This document shows, piece after piece, positions 37,467-51,192 of a DNA stretch of 64,000 nucleotides (position 1 is its first letter; each line of letters begins with the position of its first letter). The notes below the pieces were generated by a model. That model did not search any database. It saw only the letters and a program-made list of their open reading frames with translations, and was not told the origin of the DNA. Made by a program: the position numbers and the translations under genes. Where the stretch lies: assembly GCA_039545335.1 (NCBI GenBank), contig BCIN01000001.1, positions 3,475,136 through 3,539,135 on the forward strand, in the 5' to 3' direction. The DNA is from Kondoa subrosea (lineage: Eukaryota).

Positions 37467-38315
37467 ATGTCTTACTATCCTCTTTATGGCTATTCTTCTG
37501 CTCCATGGCTACCAGGCGTATGCTCTTGCCCTTACTACATCCTGTCCACATCTCATCTTTCGCCTAAACAGGACTTTCACGCTGCTGATGATCGAGTACG
37601 AGGAGGCTCTTCCACCTCGTTCATGTCACTACCCAAAGAAGACGAAGAGAAGTCTGGACGGTCTATACGCTTTTATGGTCATCTAGGTCAGTCTCAGTGG
37701 AAGTTCTGTTAAATTTATTCCGATTCCTTATATCTATAAACTACAGACATCAAGACCTTGGGCGGTGCTGGCTTCGCTTCACAAGTGACCAACTCTTCAC
37801 CAGATCCTTTGCCGGCAAACAGATACACTGGCATTCAATTTACTTTACTCCCCTTACCTCTTACCTCTGTTCCATCGCCGAACTCACCAACCGATTTCGT
37901 TCTCATACTCAAGACAGATCAACCAGAAACCAGACCTGACGGTCGAATCCAATCTCGGATCTCCTATGAGTATCATTTCACTTACCCCCCTACCTCTACT
38001 ACTCCATCGACATTGGTCGCAAATTGGGAAGATTTCCAACCTACATATAGAGGTCGACCTGTTGAAGGAGGAGAGGCAAAGAAATTGGATCCGAGTGAAT
38101 TGACTGAATTGAGTTGGATGTGCCGAAGTGGTTTTGGCAAGCAGGAAGGAGATTTCGAGTTGCATATAGGCCAAGTGTGCGCTTTGGAACGTGGAAGAAG
38201 TGGGGTCTTCGAATGGGCGAAAGGATGGCTGTGAGTGATCTCATGTACAGAGGTTGATAGAGCTGAAGATTTGTCCAGGAAATGGATCTTCAGAACGCGA
38301 AATTGGTTTTGGTAG
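37467..38315 (+). CDS. CIA30-family protein
   Basis: DDRVRGGSSTS, FYGHL|DIKTLGGAGFASQ, WEDFQPTYRGR, ELSWMCRSGFGKQEGDFEL. Confidence 0.88.
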
Positions 38316-38901
38316 TAGCTTCCAATTGAAAGAATGCGAATGAATTATAAGCGAGTCAGTAGTATTGCAAGTTTTGATGGATATGACTGATAGTCTTAAC
38401 GGTGACAGCATATGTCCAGCTATGTACAGGATTCATCATTTCGGTTTCAGCGTTGTAATATTTTTGGCAACTGTAATACGCTATAGGCAATTGATTTGAT
38501 TGTCAATATACTTTCTGAGCGCTTCATCTTGCAGCCTTACCCTGCGAAAGTCCGGGATCACACGGCTTACGTCAGCACACTGTGACTTAATTTCTTGCGC
38601 CTTTCTTCTGAAGGCAAGCATACTCTACTATGTCACACTGTAGCGTGCATGCACAGCTATCTTCTCGGCGCCTTCATGCGCGCGAAGATGCATCTAAAGC
38701 TGAAACTTCTTACGAATTCTCGTCGCCATGTGCGCTTGAGCTCAGCCTCTCCTCGCAAGCTTGCTCTCCTACTCTATCATCGCATTCGTCCAGCTTCCAC
38801 CAGCTCGGCTGCTGCCAGTGCCCATTTCCCGTGTATCACCTATTGCAGAGCACTAGCGTTTTCAATTCTTTCCATTCCTTTCTGCTCAATCTCGTACCTC
38901 G

Positions 38902-40214
38902 ATGCTCTGTTTAGCTGCTCTCTTGCTCCTTCCCAGTGTACTGGCTTTGATCGAATGGGATGATGCCAATCCAGCTATTACGTACCAAGGTGAGTCAGCA
39001 TTCGACGCGCACATGGTGAGGGCTGACTTTTGTTCGCAAGGAATTTGGGCGCACGATACTCAACAAAACACCGCTGGTTTGAATAATGGCACTATCTCTT
39101 ATTCAAATGATCCAGCTGGAGAATGTGTGTTAAAAGTCACTGTGGTAGCAACCCCGTTCGCTCATGTCCATGCTTCTTAATTGCCATAGACGATTTCAGC
39201 TTTACTGGCACAGGTTTCGAGATCTTATATGGAACCAAGCAGGACAGAGGAAAGTTTCTGGTGTATATCGTATGCTCTTTTGAACTTTGTTGAACGTCAG
39301 TTGATCAGCAATGCCAAGGATACAATTCTTGCTGGGACAGGCGACGGGTTCGAAGCTGGACGCAATGAATCTGGACCTCTTTCTACTCGCTATGCCATCG
39401 AAAATATTCCAGCAGCTCGGCATGACGTTAGAATAGTCAACCGAGCAGAATTAGACGGAAGATTTCCTGGTCAAGGGTTCTTATGTGCCGATCTGATACG
39501 CATCACCGATGCACCAGCCACTACTACAGTCAATACTGCGTCCTTTTCCTCTTCAATAGCTGCAGCAGGCGAGACTGGAGGATATGTGAAAGGTGCTGAA
39601 GGATCGAAAACTAATGTTGGAGCTATAGGTAGGCGCAGGTCAAGCTTGTCTAGTTCTATCTGACTTTAATTTTGAAAGCTGGAGGCGCCGCCGGAGGTGC
39701 TGTCGCGCTAATAGCGATTGGTCTCTTCGTATTCTTCTGTCTACGAAGGAGGAATCGTCGCAATGCAGCTTCATCGACTCGACCTGAGATTGATGAGACT
39801 GGCGACATGTCAGAACTACCTCATCCTGCACCTTACAGTATTACAAATCATCGTCAATCCGGTCCTTCCAATTCTGGAGGAGAAACCAATCGAGCCTCTG
39901 TCCTACCAAATCCTCATGGTTCTCCAGATACGCCAGAATCTCAACGCACATCCTACTTCGGTGGAAGACCTTACAGCTCTTATTCTGCTTTACCGGTTAC
40001 CGATTCTATAGGACCTGGTTCAAGGCGATCTGCATTGGAAGAAGATATTCCAGAAGTAGAAATGGATCATCATCAAGGTCGATTACCTCCTGCTTATCAA
40101 GATGCGGCTGTGGTGCCAGAAGAGAGCTCGCCGACAAGGGAAGGAAGTTCGAATGGGTTGCAAGCGCCTGCAAGATTCGGAGAAGGTCAAGCGGCGAAGG
40201 GTAGATTGGTATGA
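38902..40214 (+). CDS. Type I membrane protein: signal peptide, beta-sandwich-like ectodomain, one TM, disordered tail
   Basis: MLCLAALLLLPSVLA signal, WDDANPAITYQ|GIW motif, NVGAI|AGGAAGGAVALIAIGLFVFFCLRRR, LPPAY. Confidence 0.75.
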
Positions 40215-40573
40215 CGGACCGTATAGTACCACTGAGCGTGTGTAATTCCAAAAAAGTATGATTACAAAGCGATTACATAAGCAATCGCTCTTGCTCAAAA
40301 ACGATTGCCGAGCTTCTTCATGCACCATACATTCGCCTGTGCTGAAGTGGTTCTGCTCGTCCACTGGCAATTCGACATCGTCAGAATTCTCGTCGAGTCA
40401 CAGCTGGTCATCAGTGTACACCTTTGCCTCACTTCATCTGTATTTCCGAAGAGCTCCCTTACTCTCATCTGCTAGATTCTCTTTCGCGTGTGTGAGGGCA
40501 ACCTCTGGTAGTAATGCTTGCACTCATATCTGCTCCCAGCCTGGGCCTCTTGAGGGAAGCTAAATCATCAAGA

Positions 40574-42036
40574 ATGATGGAAGCCAAATCATCAAGAAGT
40601 TGGCCATTCATGTTGCTCTCTGGCTTGCTTTTCTTCATTGTCATCTTACAATACTTGACGTCCACTCGTGCGTCTTCTCTTCAGAGTGCAATCCCAGACT
40701 CAGAAGCATGTAGAAGCGATAACAATAGCTCGACCTCTTATCCGTTCAGATTCAACGATCACGCGGCAGAAGAATTTCACGATAGCTGATGAGATCGCAC
40801 ATATGAGACTCAGGCAGGATGTACTGCTTCAATACCCTGTATGACTCTTCTTTCAGACGAAACATTCGGGCATTACTGAACGAGATCTCCAGACACGATA
40901 TACCCAAGGCATTGTACCTGTCAATGTGCACTCGCACAATGACTGTACGTATATCTACCGCTGTCTCGAGCATAGGGCTTACCCTCCCGTTCAGATTGGC
41001 GAGACGTTCCTGCATTGACTGCTATAAGTCTGGGCTGTGCATCTATTGAAGGTTCATCTATCTGACTCATAGTGATTCTAACTTACCACGCTCGTAGCTG
41101 ACGTTTGGCTCAAAGATGAAGCTCTTCTAGTCGGGCACGAGTTCGTTCAACACCTCACTCCTGCCGCACAAGTCTGAGCTAGCTAAACAGGCCAGCTGCT
41201 ATAGTCGCAGCAAGAACTTTCCCTTCTCTTTACATCGAGCCGCTAGAGCGTATCTTGGATCTCATGAATTCAGCTGCTCAACCTGATCATGTCCGGAGAG
41301 GTGTCTTCGACATGGATCCAGGGAAAGTCTTAAACCTTTTGGTAGATTTTAAGACCGACGGCCACAAGTCTGTTGATTGTCAATGCGGTTGAACAAGCTG
41401 ATCGCGCAATGACAGACTGTATCCTTACATTCTCAAAGCTTTGGAGCCACTTCGAAATAAGGGATACTTGACGTCGTACAGTTCCGTCAAAGGCTGGACT
41501 AAGGGACCAGTGTGAGTCCACCCTGTGTAGTCCTGTTCTGTCTAATTGAACAGCACTTCTTCCTAAATCAGTATGGTCATCAGCACTGGTCTAACGCCTC
41601 TAGATTTGGTACAAGCAGAAGAGACCCGCTATCTCTTCTTTGACGGCCCTTTGGACAACATTACTGGGCCAGAATGGACGAACGAAATCGCTCCGCTGGC
41701 TTCCGTTGATTGGAAGAAGGTAGTGACTTGGAACGGCATAGGCTCCATTTCAGATGTGGATCGCCAAGCTCTGAAGAATGTTATTGATCAAGTAAGTCCG
41801 CTGGTTCTCATTTTTCTGTCATCACTGACGATATACCCAAGGCTCATGTGAAAGGACTTCAGACTCGATTTTGGGGAGAACCGCTTAGACCTACCAGAGC
41901 GAGGAACGCAGTATGGGATCTATTAGTTGAGTTGGGGTCAGATTGGATCAAGTGAGTCTCAACTATGCAATGCTTTGATATACATCTTCATGTGTTCTAC
42001 AGTGCCGATGATCTAGCCGAAGCAGTTCGTATATAA
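40574..42036 (+). CDS. AIM6: Aim6-like PLC/GDPD-fold phosphodiesterase
   Basis: N-terminal TM, VNVHSHND|YWRDVP, GCASIE|ADVW, LLVGH, LYIEPL, LLVDFKT, RYLFFDGPL, GSDWI|NADDL. Confidence 0.85.
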
Positions 42037-42079
42037 GCTATGACCGGATATACCTTCACATATTATTCCCATGCAACAA

Positions 42080-43211
42080 TTATAAGGATGCCTTGATCCA
42101 ATTGCTGCAAGCAGCTGCGACATGCAAAGCATGACTCTCTTGACAACAAAAATCATGCGGCAGATCTTCTTCGCAGACAATGTATTCTCCTTGACCTTTC
42201 ATTGCTTGAACAATCTCTAACCTATCTTGGTCCCGAATCCAACCATCTTTCCCAGATTTTGCAAAGTAGATTTTCAATTGAGGGGCTACTTTAGCCATCA
42301 GTCCATGATCCAGTTTTCCGACCAACAACATCTCGCTATGAGCTAGTTGCAGTACATCTTTGATCATAGCAGGTCTGGAGCATAGCTGAGTTGTGAAGTG
42401 ACTTGCTGCTTCAGGTTGACCAGTAACGAGTTTGACTATACGTTTCCTCATACCAAAAGTAGTACAATAGAGAAGAAGAGTAATAAGGCCAGCCGCTATT
42501 GAAGCACCACCGTAATTGAGCAGAGGAGTAATTCGACGACCTTGAGGAGTCAGAGCTATGTTGGACAATGTAGGGAAGAGCAGGTGAGCAGAGTAGATCT
42601 CAGATCTTCGAGCTTTCAGAATCTGCTGTGATGATGAGACTGAACAGCAGAGGAAAAGAAAGTCACTAACTTGTAAGATCATGTAAGTTCCAATGCTATG
42701 GCCTAAAAGTATGATCTTGGATTTCGGATACTGGCTGAGAAGGATAGAGAAGTACCACTGTGTGAGAAAGGAGCAGAACATAAAAGTGGTTTCATGCTGA
42801 CCTGCGAAGTTCGTCTACTTTCTCAATCTTGGCATCAATTTGCTCGTATAGCGAAGCGCGACGCGCAGATTGCGGTGAATGTAGGTTATGACCGAGCTGA
42901 GAGATGGCGATCACAAGAGCTTGAGGTATCTCAGCAGCAATGGCTCTGAGGAAGATTTCATAATAGTCAATCAGACCTGCCCAAGCGTCCTCAGCTACAA
43001 GTAGCAAAAGGAGCAGCAACAGAAGGCACCGGGATTCCCTGGAAGCAAGCAACTTATGAGTCCTCGTTCTGCGAACAGTGCTTTGCGTTGTTGACTGACC
43101 AGGTATGAACAGGATGATCACTTCAGGATCGCTGTCATTGGAAGACAAGCTGTAGGTATCTGCATAGAGACGTCCGCGATTCGTTCTTACGCAAGCAATG
43201 TCACGCTTCAT
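42080..43211 (-). CDS. Lipid droplet-associated hydrolase (LDAH/YPR147C-like alpha/beta hydrolase)
   Basis: ILFIPG|NPG|LIDYY, SLYEQIDAK, ILLGHSIG, LLFPT, DGWI, PHDFC. Confidence 0.9.
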
Positions 43212-43269
43212 TTCCCAGTTTCCGTTGTTATGAGACAACTATCAACACCTCTATGAGAACGAAAACCCA

Positions 43270-45456
43270 GAGTCCCAAAATTATTCACAATTTCTTTGTT
43301 TCGCCTGTTGCGACTCCGCTGATCAAGGACACCTGTGATTGCGCTGGCAATTGCCGTTGACACAGACGATATCCGAGTAATCTTTGAAATCAGAGATGCT
43401 TCTCTTGGAGCAGAACTCTCCCTGCGGTCAAGTTAGTCAACGCAAGTAGCCTCAAGGAAAGAAAGCTAACCTGTTCAGCGAAGCGAACACATGCTGGACC
43501 AGTCATCAAAGGGTTTTGAGAGTATCCAGCCTTGTCACACTTGTCGCGGCAGCTGTTGTCTTGAGCGATGGTACCAGGAGGACAGTTGCATCCGCCGTCA
43601 TTGGATTGTGGAACTCGGCATGACAATAGTCCGCAATCTTGATATTGGCATTTAGCGACACATTTTCGGTTGTCGCCAGTTCCGCGGATCACGTTGCCAG
43701 GGGGACATAGGCCACAGAGACCTGATGAACCTCTGAGGAAGCCGTTGACGCATTGCACTTCACATTGAGCAACTCCCAAGGGGTTGGTGACCAAGTCGAA
43801 GAGTGATGGATCGCAATGACAATCACCGCTGAGGAGGTCGCGAACGAAGTTGCCAGTGCATTTGTCCTTACAAACACCGTTGACTAGAGATGTACAAATG
43901 AGTTGGAAGTTCTTGATGAATTCACAAATGAACTTACCTAGCTCCTTGCTGCCGGTACAGACAGGTTGACAGATACCATGGGCATCTGATCATATCAATC
44001 AGTATTGCACAAGATGAACAGGGTTGTAGCTGACCTCTTTTCTGAGTTCCGGGGCACTTAGGTAAGCACTTGCCGCCGACAAGATCGTTCGTGCTTGTAT
44101 CGCAGGTGCATTGAGTTCCATGTCGCGTGAAGCCTGTCTGGCATGCGAGTACACAGTGTCCAGATACTAAGCATAAAAAGATTAGTGATAATCCTCGTAC
44201 AGAGATGTAAAGCTCACCGTTCTCGTAGCCTTCATTGCAGGCACACTTGTTGTTGACTCTGCACTGATTCTCTCCGCAAATTGGAAGGCATACACCGTTG
44301 ACTAGTGATCGCATGTAGATCAGCCTTGCAATAGTAGAGCCGATGAGATTGACATACCATCTTCAAAGCCTTGATTGCATGTACACTTGGTGTTCACTCG
44401 TGACTCGTTGATTCCGCACACAGTCTTGCATGTACCTCCGACTAGCAGAAAGATAAGTCTTCGGCCAAAGCTGAAAGGATACGACACTGACCATTTTCGT
44501 AGCCATCTTTACATTGACACACACCATGCACTCTCATCTGGTTTGGTCTACATTGCTTCTTGCAGACTCCATCAACTGTAGGCGAAGATTAATTTTGCTT
44601 CGGCTGTCGAGACACAAGACGTACCATTCTCGAAAGTTGCATCGCAAGTACAAGAACCGTGGATCCTAGAAGAGTTTGGTCCGCAAGATTTCTGGCAAGT
44701 TCCACCAACTAATCTAGAATTCAGCCCGTGAAGGAATCAAACAGCCAAGGGGCGCACCATTCTCGTAGCCAGGCATGCAGCAGCAGCTTCCATTTTCTCT
44801 GTGTTCATTGATACCGCACTTAGGCACACAGGTTCCATCGACTATTCAAAGAGCAATAAGCATCAACGGTAACAGTGTAAAGCCAACAAACCTCGCTCTT
44901 CATTGTGTTTGCAAGCAGGTTTGCAGTAACCATAGACTACATCGCCGTTGCAAACGCATCCACCATGCTCTGGATCTAGCAAAATTTGAGCTATTGCAGA
45001 GACAGAACAAAGATAGACAGACCTGTTGTAAAACCGCGATGCAATTTGTATTCTGAGCAAGCTGGAACACAGCAATCGCCAGACCTAACAGCATTGTCTG
45101 CACAATCACATCCTCCATGCTCAGCTAAAGTGGAAAAACCATCAGAATCAGGAAGAAGAAGAAGAAGCTTGGTAGTCCTGACATTGCATATAATACTGCG
45201 ATGGGGTTTGCGTGCATTTGGGTACACAGTCGCCTGCGTGGTTCTTGTATTGGTGGTCATTGCAATAGACAGCTGATCGTTTGGCCAGAGCTATCGTGGT
45301 CTTCCGTCTACTTGTGCGAGGGTTATATTGATTCCGCTTGATACGATCAGCATCACTGCGTCGAAGAAGGCTGCCAGCTGTGTTCTCTGCGTTGCCAAGG
45401 TAGGCCGAAACCGCAGAGATGCCGAGCAGGGTGATCAGCAATTCTTGGATCCGCAT
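43270..45456 (-). CDS. Secreted Cys-rich repeat protein with EGF-like 28-aa modules; 3' end approximate
   Basis: Signal peptide MRIQELLITLLGISAVSA, Kex2-like KR sites, repeated VxGxCx3Cx5Rx2GxCxCx2G[YF]E[ND]. Confidence 0.8.
44218..44841 (-). repeat. Array of five 84-nt phase-1 exons, period 133-140 bp
   Basis: Exons 44841-44758, 44708-44625, 44575-44492, 44441-44358, 44301-44218. Confidence 0.85.
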
Positions 45457-46473
45457 CTTCTATCTTCTACAGGAACCAAAGACAGTAATGTGGAGCGGAA
45501 GCGGATTGCTGAAGTAGTAATGATACAGGCAGAGACTGAGAAAGAATGACAGAAAGGGAGCTGAAAAACGGTATGGAAAGAGGGGCAGACTAGAAAAATG
45601 GGCAAGAACAGGCAACATAGCCGCGAGCTGGTTAATGCTGTCTTACGGACCACCAAGATTGCAGATCCAACCGAGAGACAGAGTGTACGAGACATAGACA
45701 AAAGAAGTGACTTTCCCAATGGATTGCGCAAAACCGAAACTCTTCATGCAGCACTAGTTCTGCTTGCATAGTAATAAATAGCAATCCAAAAAGACATTGT
45801 TCTGATCATGAAATGATAGCTGTGTAGCTAAAATTCAAGAGAAAGCAATAGCTCGACTTTGAAAATGAGAGACAGTAACCGGTATCTTGACGGCCTCGCA
45901 GGGACAAACATAGATAGCTGTCCAAAGCGAAGACAAGGCAGACAAAGGCTTGTTACCTTGTGATGCGATCGAGACTTGGCACCATGGGCCAGTGTCAGCG
46001 ATTTTCCATAATTGGCAAGTGGAAGAAACAAGTCCTTGTCCAGTTTGACAGCTTGAATCTGCAGAATATCGAAGGTTTCCCTGGCATACACCTAGACGCT
46101 ACCAAATCACGGCAAAAGACAGAGAGCAATGGCTGCAAAGCGGCCAACTGAAGAAATAACAGATCAACCAATTGTTCGGGTGTAGGCAGAGCCAAAGGTC
46201 GCAGCAAATGGCTATCACCAGTACCACGAGACAATATTAAGCTCTCTTTGATGGTAGTGGTGCGTCTGTGTAGCTCGCTGGTGGATTTGTAACAACTTTA
46301 CTGCCTTGGAATGCGAGCTGTGTGATCAGGTTCACTATTACGTCGACTCATGCAATTATGACTTCTATATTGACAACGAAACGAGCATACACATCCTTGA
46401 GTTTGAGCACATGAAAAGTCTGTATCTAAATGAAAATGTCCGATCATGCATGCCCGTTTAAATCGTCCATTGT

Positions 46474-49295
46474 TTAGTTGTGTGAGGTAGTACTCCATGA
46501 TGAGAGAGCAACGCTTGGCGGCGTAACATAGTCCGATGAGGAAAGACCAGAGTATTGAGGGTTGAACAAAACCTGTTCAACAAAGTCAACCTGATTCGCA
46601 AGACAAGTGAAAGCAACATACCTGAATGGTGCTGTCGCCTTGTGGTACATTGATTGCCAATACAGAGACACCAGTGTTGGCCAGGTTCTGACTTGCTGAA
46701 CCGGATGGTACAGCTGGGTCACTTGCGAAGGGAACAGGTTGTAATGTGACGAAGCCGGCACCGGACGGAGAGAGAAGCTGAACTTGCAGGGTCTCGCCAC
46801 CGAGAGCTAATGAAGCTGTGGCATTGTTGTTCGAATAGGTGATAGTCGCGTTAGTGCTGAAATAAAAATCAGTTTGACAAGCGAGAATGACACAGGCAGG
46901 AACGTACTGCATTCTCCATTGAACGGCATCTTCTGCTCCGACAACTTCATCTTGCAACAGCATTTGGCGGCGAGCATTTAGTAATCGCATTCCACGGTTG
47001 ACAGACCTGCTCTGGACTGTCAGAAGATTTCTATAAGCCCAAGAAAGAGTACTTACGTTGCTTGCCCAGCATAAGCAGAAGACATGTCAGTAGTGAAGTA
47101 AACTGCTGAATCGGTAGGAACAGTGTAAGCGAGCGAAGTTTGATCTTCTCCAGTCGAGCCAAACGATGTATCGGGATCAGCAGTGACTTGCTGATTCTGT
47201 TCACCAATGAGAAGCGTGTTCTGACCCTCGGTGCGAGTTCGGTAGTAGAGCCATCTTTGAGAGTCTTGAGCTTCCGAAGAGAAGTAACCTGTACCCAGGT
47301 AATTCGCTTGGCAAAGTCCGCCACTGTGCGGTCATTGTCCTCATCAGTCACTAACTTGAAGAAGGTCAGAAAAATTCACGCACGCCCATCTCTGTCCAAG
47401 AGCTTCAAAGTTGAAAGTACCAACATCCAAGAAGCCATGAGTTTGATGACCGGTGAGTTTGCCAGCCTTGATGGCAGCGTATGTTCCATCAGTATCAGTC
47501 CATGAGCTTCGCATAGCTGACCAAGAATCGGTGTCGTTGGTGAAATAATGGTCTAGAGCCAAGTTGTCCCACCAATCGCCTTGAGTTTCAGGGTTGTACC
47601 AGAACATCTATCAGTTGATATCGGCTTGAGCTCATGACGGAGCACATAACAGAGTCAGACTGACCGCTAAAGGTTCGGCAGCATCATCCCGATCACGCTG
47701 GTAAAGAGTGTATCTTGGTTCGTTGAAAGCTTCGCCGAAGAAGAGCATGCAGTTGGCAGTAGCAGTGTACTTGTTTGGTCCACAGTCCTAAACGACGAAA
47801 TCAGACAAGTTCTGACAGTCTAACATATGGTAACTCACACCATAGTGGAATTTCTCAACGAATCCAGTTCCGTACATATGGAACAGACCGGTCTTGTTGT
47901 AGTTAGGGTTAGCTTCAAGGAGACCATGATCAGATCCAGTAGCGGTTTGTAAGCTGCTGATCATTTGAGCAGTTGCTGTTGAACCAAAGTACCAGTAATC
48001 TGAAGTCTCTGACCAAGTTCCATCGGAACTGACGGCTCTCATGCAGTTTCCTGCTGCGTTGGGAACAGTGTAGCCTAGAACTTGCTGAGCGATACCAGTT
48101 GGATCGTCATCCAGAATAGCCAAAGCGCCCATAGTCAATCCACCATTGCAAACACAGTTCCAGTTTCCGTTGGTTGTTTGCCACCAGCTGTAACCGCTGT
48201 TTGTGTTGGTGTAAGAGTTGAGACCGTAGCTGAGACCAAGATTGAGAATAGACCACATAATTGCGTTACGTTGATCAGGTGTCCATGCATCATACATCCA
48301 ATCGTAGGCATAAGCGAAAGCAGCAGTGAATTCAGCAACATCAAGGAAATGTTGAGTGTTCCAGTTGTCGGGTCTTGCTCCGAAAGATTGATCCGTATTA
48401 TTGCCAGCAGCGGTCTGTCGGGTAAGAAGCAGGAATTAGCAACACAATGTGCTACCTCGCTAGATACTGACCAGGATCTCAGTCCATGCTCTGTCTGACC
48501 ACTTAGTATCGTTCGTCATCCTCCATGCATATCCCCTAGAACAAATTCAGTCTACACTTGCTTATCGGAAACGCCAAGCTTACCAGTGTTTCAACCTCAA
48601 TTGTACTTCTCTCGCTATGTCAAGCACACCGGATCCTGACAGCCCGCCGTCAGTACTGTCTGAGACGTTAGTGGATTCCAGGAAAGGACGAAAGGCGAAA
48701 CTTACACGTATTGAGTAGGACCCATGTCTGCATAACGACTAGCGTTTGCAAAGATAGTTTCATTCCACGCTTGCAAATGAGCATCATTGGCAATCAATTT
48801 CGTCCGCAGACAATCCCATTTGTACTGAGGAGCGAATAATCTTGGGTGATCTTGTCTGACATTGAAAGAGTTTCCGCCCGAACCAGTAAAAGGATCATCA
48901 CCGCATGATAAATCCGCACTTGATCCAACGGTAGGTGCTACACCTGCAGCTGTTGAAGTTGCAGAAGCGTAAATAGGGTTTCCATTACCGTCCAAGCTCA
49001 CTCCAGCCACAGCAGCATTACTTCCACCCTTTCTCGCTTTGTCCGATGACGAATTATCATCGCTACTTTGAGAACCAACAACTCCTCCTACTACGGCACC
49101 TGCAATTACTACAACAGCCACGGCAGAAATGATCCAGAACTTCTTAGAGTGTAAAAGACCTTGACTGGATCGTCCGCCGCGTAAAGGTGAGGAACTGTAG
49201 TTGACTGGTGCATAGCCACCTGAAGAACGGGCTGCTATTCCATCAGGATACTGATGTAAGGCAATTTCAGAGTCTGAACCGCTTTTGTAGACCAC
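46474..49295 (-). CDS. Membrane-anchored heparinase II/III-like polysaccharide lyase
   Basis: TM FWIISAVAVVVIAGAVVGGVVG, DHPRLFAP, GSGVLDIAREVQ, WNTQHFLDVAE, NGNWNCVCNGG, GTWSETSDYWYFG, HQTHGFLDVGTF, YYRTRTEGQNT. Confidence 0.88.
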
Positions 49296-49742
49296 TGTCG
49301 GGTAGGTATCAGGATATGTTCATGAACATATACTGAGGCAGTACTGACTGTTTGAATGAGGTTGCGCTCGCGATAGAGGCTTTGTGAGGTAAAAAGAGAA
49401 TCGGACGAGCGGACTTCAAAGAGCTTGTGTTTTTTCTTCTTCACAAGTTCAGTCGAAGTTTGCTTGGCTTCTGGCAAAACGGTCTTGCTGAGATCAACGG
49501 GAACGAACACAGACAAGAAAGCAAAAGGAGACTGGGAACAGAAGAAGGAAAGAAGGGCCGAGCTCCAATAAAGGAACACGGTGGCTAATGTCTGCCGAAG
49601 TATGAGGCTATGATTATGCATTACAAATAGACACAGGATTGCCCACTTTACGTATCCGAGATAGCTATTCATCCAATTCTGACGCGTTCGTTAGCTTGTC
49701 GAGCATTACATGATTAATCATCAACGATAAAGCTGTTCGTTG

Positions 49743-50946
49743 TCATGCCGCATTTTGAGCTGCTTTTGCTCGTTGATAAGCTTCTCTAGCAATGTTCTGC
49801 GTCTGCCTTGATTTCCTGTCAGCGCAGACACATGCTATCAACTTACAATCTGATTTGCTGTCCATCGCACTGACCTGAACAAACCGAATAGCCTATAGAA
49901 GCAATCTGTCAGCTCAACTCAGCAAGAGGGAACAATAAGAGAACTCACATAACCGAAGTAGCAGCACTCAAAGAGAACCATGTAATAGCATAGGTCATAT
50001 GCATGTTTCTCAATTCCACAGTTGGCGCTCGTCCGATCGGTAGTCCTCTAGAAGTTCTTTCAGCCATTTCTCCTGCCGTCCCCTCTGTGCTTCTTCAGCC
50101 ATCACATCTCACCAACGAGAAGTGAAAGCTAAGGAACCTACCAAAAATCTGATCCACTAAAACAGGAGTGACGGAACAGAAAGCTGCCATTTGAGCTATA
50201 TCAGGGAAATTCCATTGTCCTTTCTCTGGTGCGTTATCTGGCGTGAAAGCGTTCTTGGGATCTTGATTCCTTAGTAGGCCAACCAAGTTCTGAGTATCTT
50301 GAGTCTATCTCACCATTAGATCAAATCGGAGTAGTAGAAAGGAGTGATAAGGACGAACGAGTGATTCTGGTCTATCTATTTGATTCATCCTTTCCCTTGG
50401 AACAAATCCTCGATCCACCAGAATAGAATCACTTCCTTCCCCTCTGATCAAAGGTGTGATAACATGGTAACCCAATTTGTTGTCCCTAGTCCGAGGACCA
50501 AGCAGAATTTCTTTACTGTGATCGAACCTCCCTTGAACTCTTACTTTGCGGTAATCGAATTCAGGTAATACTTCAGGACTAACGTTCCCATCAATGAGGA
50601 CTTAATACGGAACATTGTCTAGCTCACTTGATACGTCTTGGTAGACCCATTACTTCTCGCGACATCTTGTCTTCGAGCGATTCGATCATACTGACTTTCC
50701 AATTCAATCGTTTGACTTGCCATACACCCAAGAAGAAAGTGAAGATAGGCTATCGACCAGTCCATAGCATAAGAAAACAAATAAATATAGCAATAAGAGA
50801 GGGAAACTAGCAATAGTGATGAGAACAAGAGTAGGTCCACGAGATGAAGAGCCTTGATTAGAAGCGAAAGAGGACGCAGGCCGAACAGCTAAAGGCTGTT
50901 GCCTTGCTAAAGGCTCAATAGAACGAAAGACAGAGCGGCGTAGCAT
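49743..50946 (-). CDS. SHY1: SURF1/Shy1 cytochrome c oxidase assembly factor
   Basis: Mitochondrial presequence, TFFLGVWQVKRLNWK, EFDYRKV, LLGPRT, ILVDRGFV, FTPDNAPEKGQWNFPDI, ELRNMHMTYAITWFSLS. Confidence 0.92.
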
Positions 50947-51192
50947 CTTTGAAAGATTATAAGCGAGTGCTTGTTGAAGACGAACCGTCATACAATCCCT
51001 TGGACTATCTGACCACCCTGCTGTGGCACTGCTGTGGCTTGGATCCGATCTACTGTGCCGTGTCTGTTCTATTGGGCTCGCTTGTCTATGGTCATTGCTG
51101 GATTCGAATTACCGCATTGAACGAATATCGCCCTCCGGCTGTGTTTCTCGCTTGCTCTCTGCTCCTTCGTACTTCTGTTCCCTCTATCTTGA

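Noticed and set aside
40555..40598. 20-bp tandem duplication (ggaagcyaaatcatcaagaa) around the AIM6 start
   Set aside because: Simple local slippage with no evident consequence
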